Positions 8,566 through 18,489 of a DNA stretch of 33,970 nt are shown one piece after another. The notes below the pieces were generated by a model, which did no database searches, was not told the origin of the DNA, and worked only from the letters and a program-made list of their open reading frames with translations. The stretch lies in UHGV virus genome UHGV-0040082. The stretch is one strand, 5' to 3'. The translations under genes and the position numbers were made by a program. Source of the stretch: a virus. Positions within the stretch are counted from its first letter, which is position 1. Each line of letters opens with the position of its first letter.

Positions 8566-11500
8566 ATGAGTAGCGGCGGCGGCAAAGCCAAAACACCAAC
8601 ACTATTGAACGATAACCTGTATCACAAACAGTTTTATCGTGTTTTAGATATTCTCAGCGAAGGGCCGATATACGGTCCGGTAAACCAGAAAGCGCCACTG
8701 AATGACGTGATGCTTAATGACACACCTGTTACTGACGCAAACGGGAATACATCAATCCCCGGGATTAGTGTAGCCTGGCGCAACGGCACGGCTGACCAGT
8801 CGCCGATTAATGGTTTTAATGCCATTGAGTCAACCGTTATTGTCAACGCAAAGGTAACTCACGACACGCCAATAATCAGGACTGTTTCAGATCCAAACGT
8901 TACCCGCGTCAGGTTAAATCTTGGTGTTGACGCTCTCGTCCAGTCAGATGAAAAGGGCAATCAATACAATACATCCGTCATGTTGATGGTTGATGTTAAA
9001 CCGTCATCTTCTTCTACGTGGTCGCTGATTAAAGATATACACATTGGTCCCGGCAAACAAAGCGGTGAGTATCTGGAAGCCCACATCATTAAAGCACCGG
9101 ATGAAAAACCGTTTGATATTCGCGTTCGTCGCGTGACAGCAGACAGCCACGGCGATCTATTGCGGAACGATACGCGGTGGAGCAGTTACAGCGAAATAAT
9201 TGACGATAACCTGTCTTATCCCCATACCGCTGTAGCTGGCGCGGTAATTGACCACGATCAATATACTGATACGCCTACACGTACCTATCACCTTCGCGGC
9301 CTGATTGTTGATGTTCCTGATAACTACAACACAGAAACGCGCGCGTATTCTGGTTTATGGCTTGGCGGATTCAAAAAAGCGTACACCAATAACCCTGCGT
9401 GGATTTTCCGGTATCTGGTTAAAAACGAGCGCTTCGGGCTTGCTAAACATGCTGGTTACATTGATGTTGATGATGGCGCTTTGTACGTGCTCTCCCAATA
9501 CTGCGATCAGTTGGTTGATGATGGCTATGGTGGCCTTGAACCTCGCATGACGCTTAACGCTTACATTACGGAGCAAATGAGCGCCCGCGACCTACTGGAT
9601 AACATTGCAGGTATGTTCCGTGGTATCGCGTTATGGGACGGGCAACGCCTTACCGTGATGATTGATGCACCACAGGATCCAATTGCCACCATCACAAACG
9701 CAAACGTCGTTGATGGCGCGTTTACTCGCTCAAGTCTTCCGCTTGCAGAGTGTTACAACGCCGTGATCGTATCATGGACTGACCCGGAAAACGGCTGGGA
9801 GCAATCAAAAGAATACGTGGCAGATGATGAACTAATCGCCCGCGATGGTTATAACGAAACCACGTTGGAGGCGTTCGGGTGCACGTCACGCGGGCAAGCG
9901 TACCGCGCTGGTAAATGGCTGATAGAAACAGCAAAACGCGAGCCGTCTAAATTCACGTTTAAAATGGCCCGTGACGCAATTCACTTCACCCCTGGTGATA
10001 TTATCGAGATACTCGACAATAACCGCGCTGGCGCTCGTTTAGGCGGTCGCATCGTGGCAAACAACGGCAGGGTTATCACTGTCGATAAGGTTGATTCTGA
10101 ATATATCGCCCCCGGCGACACCATTAGCCTGCTTGATAGTGACGGCAAATTTAAAAAACACCAGATCACCGGAGTTAGCGGAAACAAAATTACCCTTGCA
10201 TCTGCCCCGGCATGGATTCGTAACGGTACTGTGTTTGCCGTGTCAACTAACGCAGCAAAACCCGTATTGTGTCGAATCGTCAGCGTGGCGGAAACTGAAA
10301 ATAACAGCGTGTACACCATAGAGGCTGCACAGCATGATCCGCACAAACAGGCTGTAGTAGATAATGGCGCAATCTTTGAGGTCAACAACGATACGCTTAA
10401 TCACTTCCGCGTGCCAAACATTGAAAACCTGAAGGTGTTAAACATTGGATCTGAAACAGTTCAATGCCGCGCAACATGGGAAACACTGACGACAACTCAT
10501 CGCCTGACCTTTGAAATCCGCGTATACAATTCAGCGGGGGCCGTAGTTAAAAGCTACGAAACTACTAATTACAGTTATGATTTTTATGGCATTGATGCGG
10601 GAACCTACTCATTAGGCATCCGTGGCAGAAATGACACGGGCATGAAGGGTGCTGAAAGCATTGTGGATCTGGTTATTGGTGCACCAGCGGCCCCGGTAGG
10701 AGTTAACTGGGTTCCCGGTGTATTTCAGGCTACAGTTTACCCGATCAGCAGAACAACGCTTACCACTGACACCAGTTATGAGTTTTATTACTCAGGTGAA
10801 AAACAGATCACCGATCCGGCATCAGTAACCACTAAGGCACAATATACCGGGCGTGGTCATCAGTGGACTTTTGGCGGCATGAACACGGGGCACACCTATT
10901 ACGTTTATGTGCGCACACGCAATGCTTTTGGCGTGTCTGACTTTGTGGAGGCATCAGGTAAGCCGACAGAGAATTTTGATGAAATCAGCGATTACGTCAC
11001 CAAAGACGTGATGAACTCAGAACAGTTCAAGGAAATGATTGGTGACATCAAAGATCTTGGTGATCGCACGGATGTTATTGAAAATGCCACAAATGAACTA
11101 AAAGCAGCTACCGACAACCTCAAAACTGCAACTGATAATCTGACCAACATAACTGACGATTTAAGAACTGAAACCGACAACCTGACTAACATAACCGAAG
11201 ATTTAAGAAATGATACTGACAACCTGATTACAGAAACAGGATCAATAAAAGCTGATACAGATACGCTAAAAAAAGAAACAGAAGATCTTTATAAAAAAGT
11301 TAAGGAAAACGCCGATGATATTGGTCAGCATGAGTCAAGAATTGATTCATTAGAAGTGTCCAGCGAAAAAGTTGGCAGCGAACTGGCGCAAGCAAAAGCA
11401 AGCCTGCAAAACGCGTCATTGGCGCTTATCAACAACTCGCTTGCACAGACAAACACGCGCGTTACCCTTACCGCCCAGTACAAAAAAGGCAGAACGGAAA

Positions 11501-14115
11501 CGAAAGCGGAAATTGACCGTATTGACAACGTTATCGCTGAAGAGAAAAAAGCAACGGCTGAATCACTGAAAACCATCACGGCAGAAATGAACACGATGGA
11601 TTCCAACCTTAAAGGTCAGATCTCCAGTGTGGAACGCGCAGTGGCTGACGAGGCTAGTGCCCGCGCTGAAGCTATTAACGGTGTGAACGCCTCAATAAGC
11701 AATCTCGACAAGAAAACGGATGCCAGCGTCAATAGGCTTGATCAGGCTATTGCAGATGAAACGAACGCCCGCACACAGGCGGTCAGTGACGTTAACGCAA
11801 GTATCTCGGTACTTGATAAGAAAACTGACGCCAGCGTTAAACGCCTGGATCAGGCAATCGCTGACGAAACCAGCGCAAGAACCGAAGCTATCAGTGGCGT
11901 GAACGCATCAATTTCAACGCTTGATAGCAAAGTGGAAAGCAATATAACGCGCATAGATAAAGCTATTGCAGATGAAACGCAGGCGCGTACAGACGCAATA
12001 AGCGGCGTCAAAGCGAGCATTAACACACTTGAAGGCAACACCAATTCAGAAGTTAAACGTCTGGATCAGGCAATCGCTGACGAGGCCAGTGCCCGCACAC
12101 AGGCGGTAAGTGATGTAAAAGCATCAGTAAGCAACCTTGAAAGCAAAACTGACGCCAGCGTTAAACGCCTGGATAAAGCTATTGCAGACGAAACAAGCGC
12201 ACGCAGCGAAGCTATTAGTGGGGTAAATGCCTCAGTATCAGCGCTCGACAAGAAAACCGATTCAAGCATAAGCCGCCTTGATAAAGCCATTGCGGATGAA
12301 ACAAGCGCGAGAACCGAAGCCATCAACGGTGTGAATGCGTCAATTTCCACACTCGACGGCAAGGTTACAAGTAACGTTAGCCGCCTTGATAAAGCAATAT
12401 CAGACGAAACGAAGGCAAGAAGCGACGCAATAACAGAGGTTAAAGCAGACTTAACAACGCTTGAGAACAGCACAAACGCCAGCGTTAAGCGTCTTGATCA
12501 GGCAATTGCCGATGAATCAAGCGCCCGCGCACAAGCAATATCAGGACTCAGCGCAAATCTTGGCACTGTTGAAAATAATGTTGGCAAAAACAGCGACGAA
12601 ATAAATCAGGCAAAAGCAAGCCTGCAAAACGCATCTATTGCACTTATCAATAACTCAATCGCTCAAACCAACACGCGTGTTACTCTTTCAGCCCAATACA
12701 AGAAAGGAATCAGAGAAACCAACGCGAAAATTGACCGCATTGACAATGTTGTAGCAGAAGAGAAAAAAGCAACGGCAGAAGCCATTAGCGGGGTAAGCGC
12801 ATCGATCACCGATCTTGATAAGAAAACTGAAGCAAGCGTTAACCGCCTTGACAGGGCGATTGCAGACGAAACAAGCGCCCGCAGCGAGGCTATCAGCGGC
12901 GTGAATGCGTCAATTTCCACGCTTGATAGTAATGTGAAAAGCGACATTACCAGGATGGACAAAGCCATCGCCGATGAAACAAAAGCACGCGCAGACGCAA
13001 TAAGCGGCCTTAGCGCATCGCTTACCAGTACGATCAACTCAAAAGTGTCTGAAGTGTCAACGGCACTTTCTACGCATGAGGAATCAAGTGCAGAAAAATT
13101 TAGCCAGATCTCGGCGTCTTTCGAATCAGTAAACTCAAGCATTACAGAATGGTCGCAGGCAATGGCTACAGCAGATAAGGCGTTGTCAACGAAAATTGAT
13201 CAGCTAACAGTGACTGTTAACGGGAATAAGACGGCAATAGAGACGACATCTAAAGCGTTAACCGACTTTAAGGGTAATGTTGATGCGTCATATTCAATTA
13301 AGCTCGCCACCGACAACAACGGCATGAAATACGCAACAGGTATGTCACTTGGCCTTACTGGTGATGGGACCAACTTTCAGTCGCAGTGTATTTTCCTTGT
13401 TGACCGCTTCGTGTTAATGACTGACGCTAACGGTTCGTATCAAACGCCTTTCTATGTAACTAATGGCGCAATGTATGTAAGAGAAGCGTTTATTAAAGAC
13501 GGCACTATCAACTCCGCCAAAATAGCTGATCTAATACAGTCAGTTAATTATAGCTGGGAAGGCGCGACAGGATGGGCGATAAATAAAAACGGTAACGCAG
13601 TATTTAACCAAGTAACCGTAAGGGGGACGGTATACGCTAATGCTGGTGTGTTTAACGGTACTGTTTACGCAACTGGCGGTAAATTTACTGGAGCAGTTGA
13701 AGCCACAAGTTTTGTTGGTGACGTAGCAAGTATGTCAGTGATAAACGAGAAAGTATTTCCGTCAATGAGGGGGAGCGGCAGCAGGGAAACTTCAAAAACT
13801 TATCTTGATTCAAGTTCATCAAGTTTATCAAAAACCGTTTACGTTATGATTCCGTATGATTTGTCATACTATACACATAGTGAATCTTCTCGTATCAGCG
13901 TAACTATAAACATAAACGGACACGCAAAAACAATTAATATAGAAAGGCCAGCATCAGGTCCATCAATGTCATCTGTCGCGGTGCACTGTGTACATGACCT
14001 AACATACCCAACAATTACAGTCAAGGTTACGGAAAACTTTACCAATACATCCGCTGCATCAATAAGAAAACCAGGCTTGATACTTATAACAAGAAGTTCA
14101 GGAACATGGGTATAA
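8566..14115 (+). CDS. J: Host specificity protein J (central tail fiber / tip attachment), with a large repeat insert
   Basis: 1849 aa. N-terminal ~800 aa and C-terminal ~330 aa follow recalled lambda J (e.g. ILSEGPI.GP, YHLRG.I..VP.NYN, AFGCTSRGQA.RAG.WL, HFTPGD.IEI.D, AAQH.P.K.A.VDNGA). Residues ~830-1510 are a repeat-rich insert not in lambda J. Confidence 0.9.
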   Translation: MSSGGGKAKTPTLLNDNLYHKQFYRVLDILSEGPIYGPVNQKAPLNDVMLNDTPVTDANGNTSIPGISVAWRNGTADQSPINGFNAIESTVIVNAKVTHDTPIIRTVSDPNVTRVRLNLGVDALVQSDEKGNQYNTSVMLMVDVKPSSSSTWSLIKDIHIGPGKQSGEYLEAHIIKAPDEKPFDIRVRRVTADSHGDLLRNDTRWSSYSEIIDDNLSYPHTAVAGAVIDHDQYTDTPTRTYHLRGLIVDVPDNYNTETRAYSGLWLGGFKKAYTNNPAWIFRYLVKNERFGLAKHAGYIDVDDGALYVLSQYCDQLVDDGYGGLEPRMTLNAYITEQMSARDLLDNIAGMFRGIALWDGQRLTVMIDAPQDPIATITNANVVDGAFTRSSLPLAECYNAVIVSWTDPENGWEQSKEYVADDELIARDGYNETTLEAFGCTSRGQAYRAGKWLIETAKREPSKFTFKMARDAIHFTPGDIIEILDNNRAGARLGGRIVANNGRVITVDKVDSEYIAPGDTISLLDSDGKFKKHQITGVSGNKITLASAPAWIRNGTVFAVSTNAAKPVLCRIVSVAETENNSVYTIEAAQHDPHKQAVVDNGAIFEVNNDTLNHFRVPNIENLKVLNIGSETVQCRATWETLTTTHRLTFEIRVYNSAGAVVKSYETTNYSYDFYGIDAGTYSLGIRGRNDTGMKGAESIVDLVIGAPAAPVGVNWVPGVFQATVYPISRTTLTTDTSYEFYYSGEKQITDPASVTTKAQYTGRGHQWTFGGMNTGHTYYVYVRTRNAFGVSDFVEASGKPTENFDEISDYVTKDVMNSEQFKEMIGDIKDLGDRTDVIENATNELKAATDNLKTATDNLTNITDDLRTETDNLTNITEDLRNDTDNLITETGSIKADTDTLKKETEDLYKKVKENADDIGQHESRIDSLEVSSEKVGSELAQAKASLQNASLALINNSLAQTNTRVTLTAQYKKGRTETKAEIDRIDNVIAEEKKATAESLKTITAEMNTMDSNLKGQISSVERAVADEASARAEAINGVNASISNLDKKTDASVNRLDQAIADETNARTQAVSDVNASISVLDKKTDASVKRLDQAIADETSARTEAISGVNASISTLDSKVESNITRIDKAIADETQARTDAISGVKASINTLEGNTNSEVKRLDQAIADEASARTQAVSDVKASVSNLESKTDASVKRLDKAIADETSARSEAISGVNASVSALDKKTDSSISRLDKAIADETSARTEAINGVNASISTLDGKVTSNVSRLDKAISDETKARSDAITEVKADLTTLENSTNASVKRLDQAIADESSARAQAISGLSANLGTVENNVGKNSDEINQAKASLQNASIALINNSIAQTNTRVTLSAQYKKGIRETNAKIDRIDNVVAEEKKATAEAISGVSASITDLDKKTEASVNRLDRAIADETSARSEAISGVNASISTLDSNVKSDITRMDKAIADETKARADAISGLSASLTSTINSKVSEVSTALSTHEESSAEKFSQISASFESVNSSITEWSQAMATADKALSTKIDQLTVTVNGNKTAIETTSKALTDFKGNVDASYSIKLATDNNGMKYATGMSLGLTGDGTNFQSQCIFLVDRFVLMTDANGSYQTPFYVTNGAMYVREAFIKDGTINSAKIADLIQSVNYSWEGATGWAINKNGNAVFNQVTVRGTVYANAGVFNGTVYATGGKFTGAVEATSFVGDVASMSVINEKVFPSMRGSGSRETSKTYLDSSSSSLSKTVYVMIPYDLSYYTHSESSRISVTININGHAKTINIERPASGPSMSSVAVHCVHDLTYPTITVKVTENFTNTSAASIRKPGLILITRSSGTWV
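11629..13080 (+). repeat. Tandem 108-bp (36-aa) coding repeats inside J, about 11 copies in two arrays
   Basis: Repeating unit RLDQAIADETSARTEAISGVNASISTLDSK.....VK visible in protein and DNA; the segment AKASLQNASLALINNSLAQTNTRVTLTAQYKKG...IDRIDNV.AEEKKATAE occurs twice (DNA ~11386 and ~12604). Confidence 0.8.
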
Positions 14116-14121
14116 AAATAA

Positions 14122-14149
14122 CCCCGCTTCGCGCGGGGTTTTCTTTTAG
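14122..14149. terminator. Rho-independent terminator after J (bidirectional)
   Basis: Hairpin ccccgc-ttcgc-gcgggg followed by ttttctttt; A-run on the other side. Confidence 0.7.
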
Positions 14150-14385
14150 TAGTTAGCTACACAGTTAGAAGGGCTACCGATGCGGCGCATGTTGTGATCG
14201 AGTTCATGACACCATTGACCAGTATAAGGCAGTTTTTCAGTGTCATAGACAAGATGACCTTCACCATCATAGACAACATCTTGTGGAATTACTCCGCTAT
14301 TCGGCAGGTTATGCAATGCGGCCTCTTTGTCAACAGCGCAACCAGTAAGAGCTACGGCCGCAGAGAATAAAACCACTTTGAACAT
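14146..14385 (-). CDS. Small lipoprotein (candidate Cor/Llp-type superinfection exclusion protein)
   Basis: 79 aa; N-terminus MFKVVLFSAAVALTGC = signal peptide plus lipobox; small mature part with two Cys; opposite strand between J and the side tail fiber. Confidence 0.55.
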   Translation of the reverse strand: MFKVVLFSAAVALTGCAVDKEAALHNLPNSGVIPQDVVYDGEGHLVYDTEKLPYTGQWCHELDHNMRRIGSPSNCVANY

Positions 14386-14572
14386 GTTTTTTCATTTTTT
14401 AATCCTCGTTCTTGTTAGCTCGTCCGGTTCATCCGGTGTCTTGAATATCCGACAAAACAACATTTCGTATATTGATATAAATCAACAAATACATTTTGTG
14501 TAAGCAGAAAATGCAACACAGATCACAAAATGGTAGAATTATTCCGTTAATTAACAAAATGGAGTCATCGAG

Positions 14573-17500
14573 ATGATTTACACAACTGGAACAGTTGCCA
14601 TTAACGGCAATACTGTTAAAGGCACGGGAACAAACTTTTCCGCGCCGCTTTCTCTTATTCGTGTAGGTTGCACGCTCATTGCTGTTGGCAATCCTGTGCA
14701 GATCTTTACCATCACGGAAATTAAAAGCGGCACTGAACTGTTAGTGACGCCAGCAGCTAACCCCGCAATCCCTGCCGGGACAAAATTTAGCATCCTGCTA
14801 TCTGATTCGATCTCAGTTGATGGGCTTGCTCAGGACGTAGCTGAAACCCTGCGTTACTACCAGAGCAAAGAAACAGAAATCGCCTCCGCCGTAGAGTGGT
14901 GGAATGAGATCGGCGGCGAAGGTCAGTTGGATCAGCTTCTTACCAACATTCGCGCAGAAACAGCCAAATCAACCGCTAACGCTCAAAAAACAGAAACTGA
15001 CAAAAACGCAGCAGAAGCGTCAAAAACAGCGGCTGCAAAATCCGCCACGGCAGCGAAAACATCAGAAACCAACGCTAAGGCAAGCGAGACGGCAGCGAAA
15101 ACAAGCGAAACCAAAGCCAAAACATCAGAGGACAGGGCGCAAGAATATCTGAATCAAATGGGAAGGCTTACCAGCCCAATGGTCCAATGTGCTTGGCCTG
15201 TTGAAACTAGCGGTAATGGCGCTTACGTTAAGATTGCTAAACTTAGCGATCCAAAGTCATCAGACTGCCACTTAACGCTAATGGTTACAAATGGCGGTGG
15301 CTACGGTTTAAGTTACGGGAATATTGACTTTATAGAGATCTCCGCTCGAGGTCTTAACGACACAGGCGAAGTAACCAGTGAAAATATATCTAAATTTTTA
15401 AGTATTCGCCGACTCGGTTCACCAAACCTTCCCAATAATAGTCAAATGTGTTACGGCCTGGTTAAAGGTGACGGCTATATCGAGGTCTGGTGCTACCAGC
15501 GATCTTATATTAAAAACACAAAAGTAGCGGTGCTGGCGCAGACTGGCAACACGGAATTATACATTCCTGAAGGATTTGTTAAGCAAGCCGACGCACCCGC
15601 TGGATATATTGAAAGCCCAGCAGCAAGGATTTACGACCAGGTAAACAAACCCAGCAAGGCAGATCTGGGCCTTTCTAATGCTATGCTTACAGGCGCTTTC
15701 GGTCTTGGCGGTAGCGGGATATCAACAACCGGCAAGATGAGCGATGTAGAGATCTTAAAAGCTCTGCGTGACAAAGGTGGTCATTTCTGGCGCAGTGATA
15801 GGCCGACCGGAAGTACGGCGACCATTTATAGCCGCGGTTCTGGTATATTCTCGCGGTGCGGCGATACGTGGTCGGCGATCAATATCGACTACGGAACAGG
15901 TAAAGTCAAGGTTTACGCTGGTAACGATGGTGGACTTAATAGTGGTAATTTTTCCGTCAATGAGCTATACGGAACCAAAAATAAACCGTCGAAATCGGAC
16001 GTTGGACTTGACAACGTAACCAACGATGCACAGGTTAAAAAATCCGGCGACACCATGACTGGCGACCTGTCGATCACTAAAGCAACACCTTCGATATACA
16101 TTCGTTCAAAAAGTGGAACCGCCCATGTATGGTTCCAGAATGAGGATCAATCGGAACGCGGTGTTATCTGGGCGCCTACCAATTCCGAAGGACTTGGCGA
16201 AGTTCACATCAGGGCCAAAAATACAAAAGGTGAATCAACTGGTGAACTCATTGTTCGTCACGACGGGGAAATTAGGGTTCCCAGTCTCACAGCGAGTAAA
16301 AAAATAAAAGGCGCAACCGCAGATTTTACAAACACATCAGAAACCACGACGGAGAACACGTTAAAAATCAGCGGTAAGCAGCATACACCGTTAGTTTTAA
16401 CGCGTACCGGGTATTCTGAAAACCTGTCCATTGGCTTCAAGGTTGATAACGTTGTTCAAAAATACCTCGGTATTAATAGCGGTGGGGATCTGTGTTTTGG
16501 TGATTATGCCGATCACAAAACAAACAGCAAAGTTATCACGCAAGCAGTGCTTGATAGCGGTGTGACGGTAGGCGGTCAGACAACCTTTTCTAAACTTGCC
16601 ACATTTAGCAAAGGCATGACCGGGCCTATCGTACCGGAAGGGCTTGACTCACGTACCATTGATCTTAATGACCTAATCATCAATGGTTCAGATATAGGAT
16701 CGGTCAAATACTATCAATGTACATCTTCCAGTGGTGGAGCGAACATTACCAACAAGCCTGACGGCGTAGGCGGTAACTTCTTGCTGCGTGTAGAGTCAGT
16801 CCGTAAAGTTAGTGATACTGACTATATAAGTATGCAAACACTGACTAGTGGCGACAAAGAACGCGTATTTGTTCGTTTTAATACTAATAGTAAGTGGACA
16901 GCATGGTGTGAACCTGTTGTATCGGGATGGAAGCAGGATGTGTCTGTTAAGACGCTAACAGCAGCCGAAGACGTCATCCTTAAAAACAGTGATACTGGTC
17001 CGCGCCTTATTTTAAGGAACTCTAACACATCGGCGCAGTCGTGGAGTGTAAGGGTGTGGGGTGAAAGCGGAAGGGAAAGCGTTTTTGAGGTTGGTAACAG
17101 CAATAGTTACATGTTCTATGCTCAGGAAGATGCAGCAGGAAACAAGAAATTTGACTTTAACGGTGATATTTCATGTAAGACGCTATATCAAACTTCTGAC
17201 CAGAGCCTTAAAGACAACATTAAGGTTATAGGTGACGCCACCGAATCCATCCGCAAAATGAATGGGTACACCTACACGTTTAAGGACGATGGCCTGCCTT
17301 ACGCTGGCGTTATTGCACAGGAAGTAATGGACGCGCTGCCTGAAGCGATAGCGTTTACCACTCTTTGCGGCAAGGAGCTACAAGGACCAACAACTGACGG
17401 CAACATCTTACGCGAGGAAATGAAGTGCCTCAGCGTTGACTATGCGGCGGTGACTGGTTTACTTGTCCAGGTGGCACGCGAAACGGATAACCGCGTCACC

Positions 17501-17608
17501 GAACTGGAAGAGGAGAACGCAAGCCTGAAAGCTAACATTGCCGCAATGGATGAGCGGATAGCAAAACTTGAAGCGCTTATCAGTCAGTTGACCGGAAGCG
17601 AAGAATAA
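14573..17608 (+). CDS. Side tail fiber with C-terminal intramolecular chaperone (peptidase S74-like) domain
   Basis: 1011 aa; Ala/Thr/Lys-rich heptad-like N-terminal repeats; C-terminus has SDQSLKDNI...GVIAQEV...P.A motif typical of self-cleaving fiber chaperone domains, then a coiled-coil tail; RBS GGAG. Confidence 0.8.
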   Translation: MIYTTGTVAINGNTVKGTGTNFSAPLSLIRVGCTLIAVGNPVQIFTITEIKSGTELLVTPAANPAIPAGTKFSILLSDSISVDGLAQDVAETLRYYQSKETEIASAVEWWNEIGGEGQLDQLLTNIRAETAKSTANAQKTETDKNAAEASKTAAAKSATAAKTSETNAKASETAAKTSETKAKTSEDRAQEYLNQMGRLTSPMVQCAWPVETSGNGAYVKIAKLSDPKSSDCHLTLMVTNGGGYGLSYGNIDFIEISARGLNDTGEVTSENISKFLSIRRLGSPNLPNNSQMCYGLVKGDGYIEVWCYQRSYIKNTKVAVLAQTGNTELYIPEGFVKQADAPAGYIESPAARIYDQVNKPSKADLGLSNAMLTGAFGLGGSGISTTGKMSDVEILKALRDKGGHFWRSDRPTGSTATIYSRGSGIFSRCGDTWSAINIDYGTGKVKVYAGNDGGLNSGNFSVNELYGTKNKPSKSDVGLDNVTNDAQVKKSGDTMTGDLSITKATPSIYIRSKSGTAHVWFQNEDQSERGVIWAPTNSEGLGEVHIRAKNTKGESTGELIVRHDGEIRVPSLTASKKIKGATADFTNTSETTTENTLKISGKQHTPLVLTRTGYSENLSIGFKVDNVVQKYLGINSGGDLCFGDYADHKTNSKVITQAVLDSGVTVGGQTTFSKLATFSKGMTGPIVPEGLDSRTIDLNDLIINGSDIGSVKYYQCTSSSGGANITNKPDGVGGNFLLRVESVRKVSDTDYISMQTLTSGDKERVFVRFNTNSKWTAWCEPVVSGWKQDVSVKTLTAAEDVILKNSDTGPRLILRNSNTSAQSWSVRVWGESGRESVFEVGNSNSYMFYAQEDAAGNKKFDFNGDISCKTLYQTSDQSLKDNIKVIGDATESIRKMNGYTYTFKDDGLPYAGVIAQEVMDALPEAIAFTTLCGKELQGPTTDGNILREEMKCLSVDYAAVTGLLVQVARETDNRVTELEEENASLKANIAAMDERIAKLEALISQLTGSEE

Positions 17609-17638
17609 GAGGTGATGTGCGAAGAACATCGCCGCGCG

Positions 17639-17666
17639 AAACGAGGCTAACGCCTCGTTTCTTTTT
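17639..17666 (+). terminator. Rho-independent terminator after the side tail fiber gene
   Basis: 9-bp stem aaacgaggc/gcctcgttt, loop taac, followed by cttttt. Confidence 0.75.
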
Positions 17667-17812
17667 ATGTACCAAATAGTGACCAAATACCCAAAACCAA
17701 AAACAAAAGCACTGTAACATACTGTTTTATAAATTATTATTCACAAAGCTAACCATTCCAAGCATACGGCAGATGGCAGGGCGACCAAGAAGAATTGTTG
17801 TCGTTTTATCCA

Positions 17813-18475
17813 TTATCTTTTCCCCGTGTATTCAACGTGTCCGATACATCCATCAATAATAGCTTGCGCCATATTGCGATAATCGCACGAAAAATCATTG
17901 TCACGGCTAAAGTCAATCTCGCTTGCCGCATCTTCACCCATTACCTTAGTGGCAAGTGCGAACGCTATTTCAGCGAGCGCCTTTTCTTTCGGGTCAATGT
18001 GAATGCGGTAAGAGTATTTCTTCCATGCTACAGTTGTTTCCGTTTCTGATACTAATTTACTGTGAGCGATAGCCCAATTATCACCGAGATATAAAAACTT
18101 AACGACATCGATAACCGTTCCGCTCGTAAGTCCTACACAATCAAGCCACACACCAACCGGAGGCTTTTCACATGCCAGCCATTCCGTTTTTTCAGGTTGT
18201 GTTTCGCAATCATGGTGCTCATCTTCGATTAATTCATCAATAATTTCACTTTCTTTATTCATACCGTCATCATCCTTATTCGATAAATTGGCGTATTTAT
18301 CAAATTTCCAGCTTGCAGCCATAACCGAATAAGTGCCGCCAGTGTCAGCGCGAACACCCAATAAATAGTATGATCCAAAATTATATTCCGTGTGGCATGT
18401 TGTTACCTCAAACGATGGGTAACACTCAGGGTTGGCGCGATGGCTAATCACGCCAATTGCTTTAAGTTTATTCAT
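17813..18475 (-). CDS. Hypothetical protein (220 aa), last gene of the minus-strand early operon
   Basis: Good RBS (GAGGA); no domain recognised; acidic central segment. Confidence 0.5.
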   Translation of the reverse strand: MNKLKAIGVISHRANPECYPSFEVTTCHTEYNFGSYYLLGVRADTGGTYSVMAASWKFDKYANLSNKDDDGMNKESEIIDELIEDEHHDCETQPEKTEWLACEKPPVGVWLDCVGLTSGTVIDVVKFLYLGDNWAIAHSKLVSETETTVAWKKYSYRIHIDPKEKALAEIAFALATKVMGEDAASEIDFSRDNDFSCDYRNMAQAIIDGCIGHVEYTGKR

Positions 18476-18489
18476 TTGCTTATCCTCAA

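Noticed and set aside
8634-13142. Antisense and alternate-frame ORFs inside the J gene, including 135-159 aa Ala/Ser/Leu-rich ORFs at 12066-12473 and 12663-13142
   Set aside because: They mirror the tandem coding repeats of J on the opposite strand; the repetitive low-complexity translations are artefacts of the repeat.
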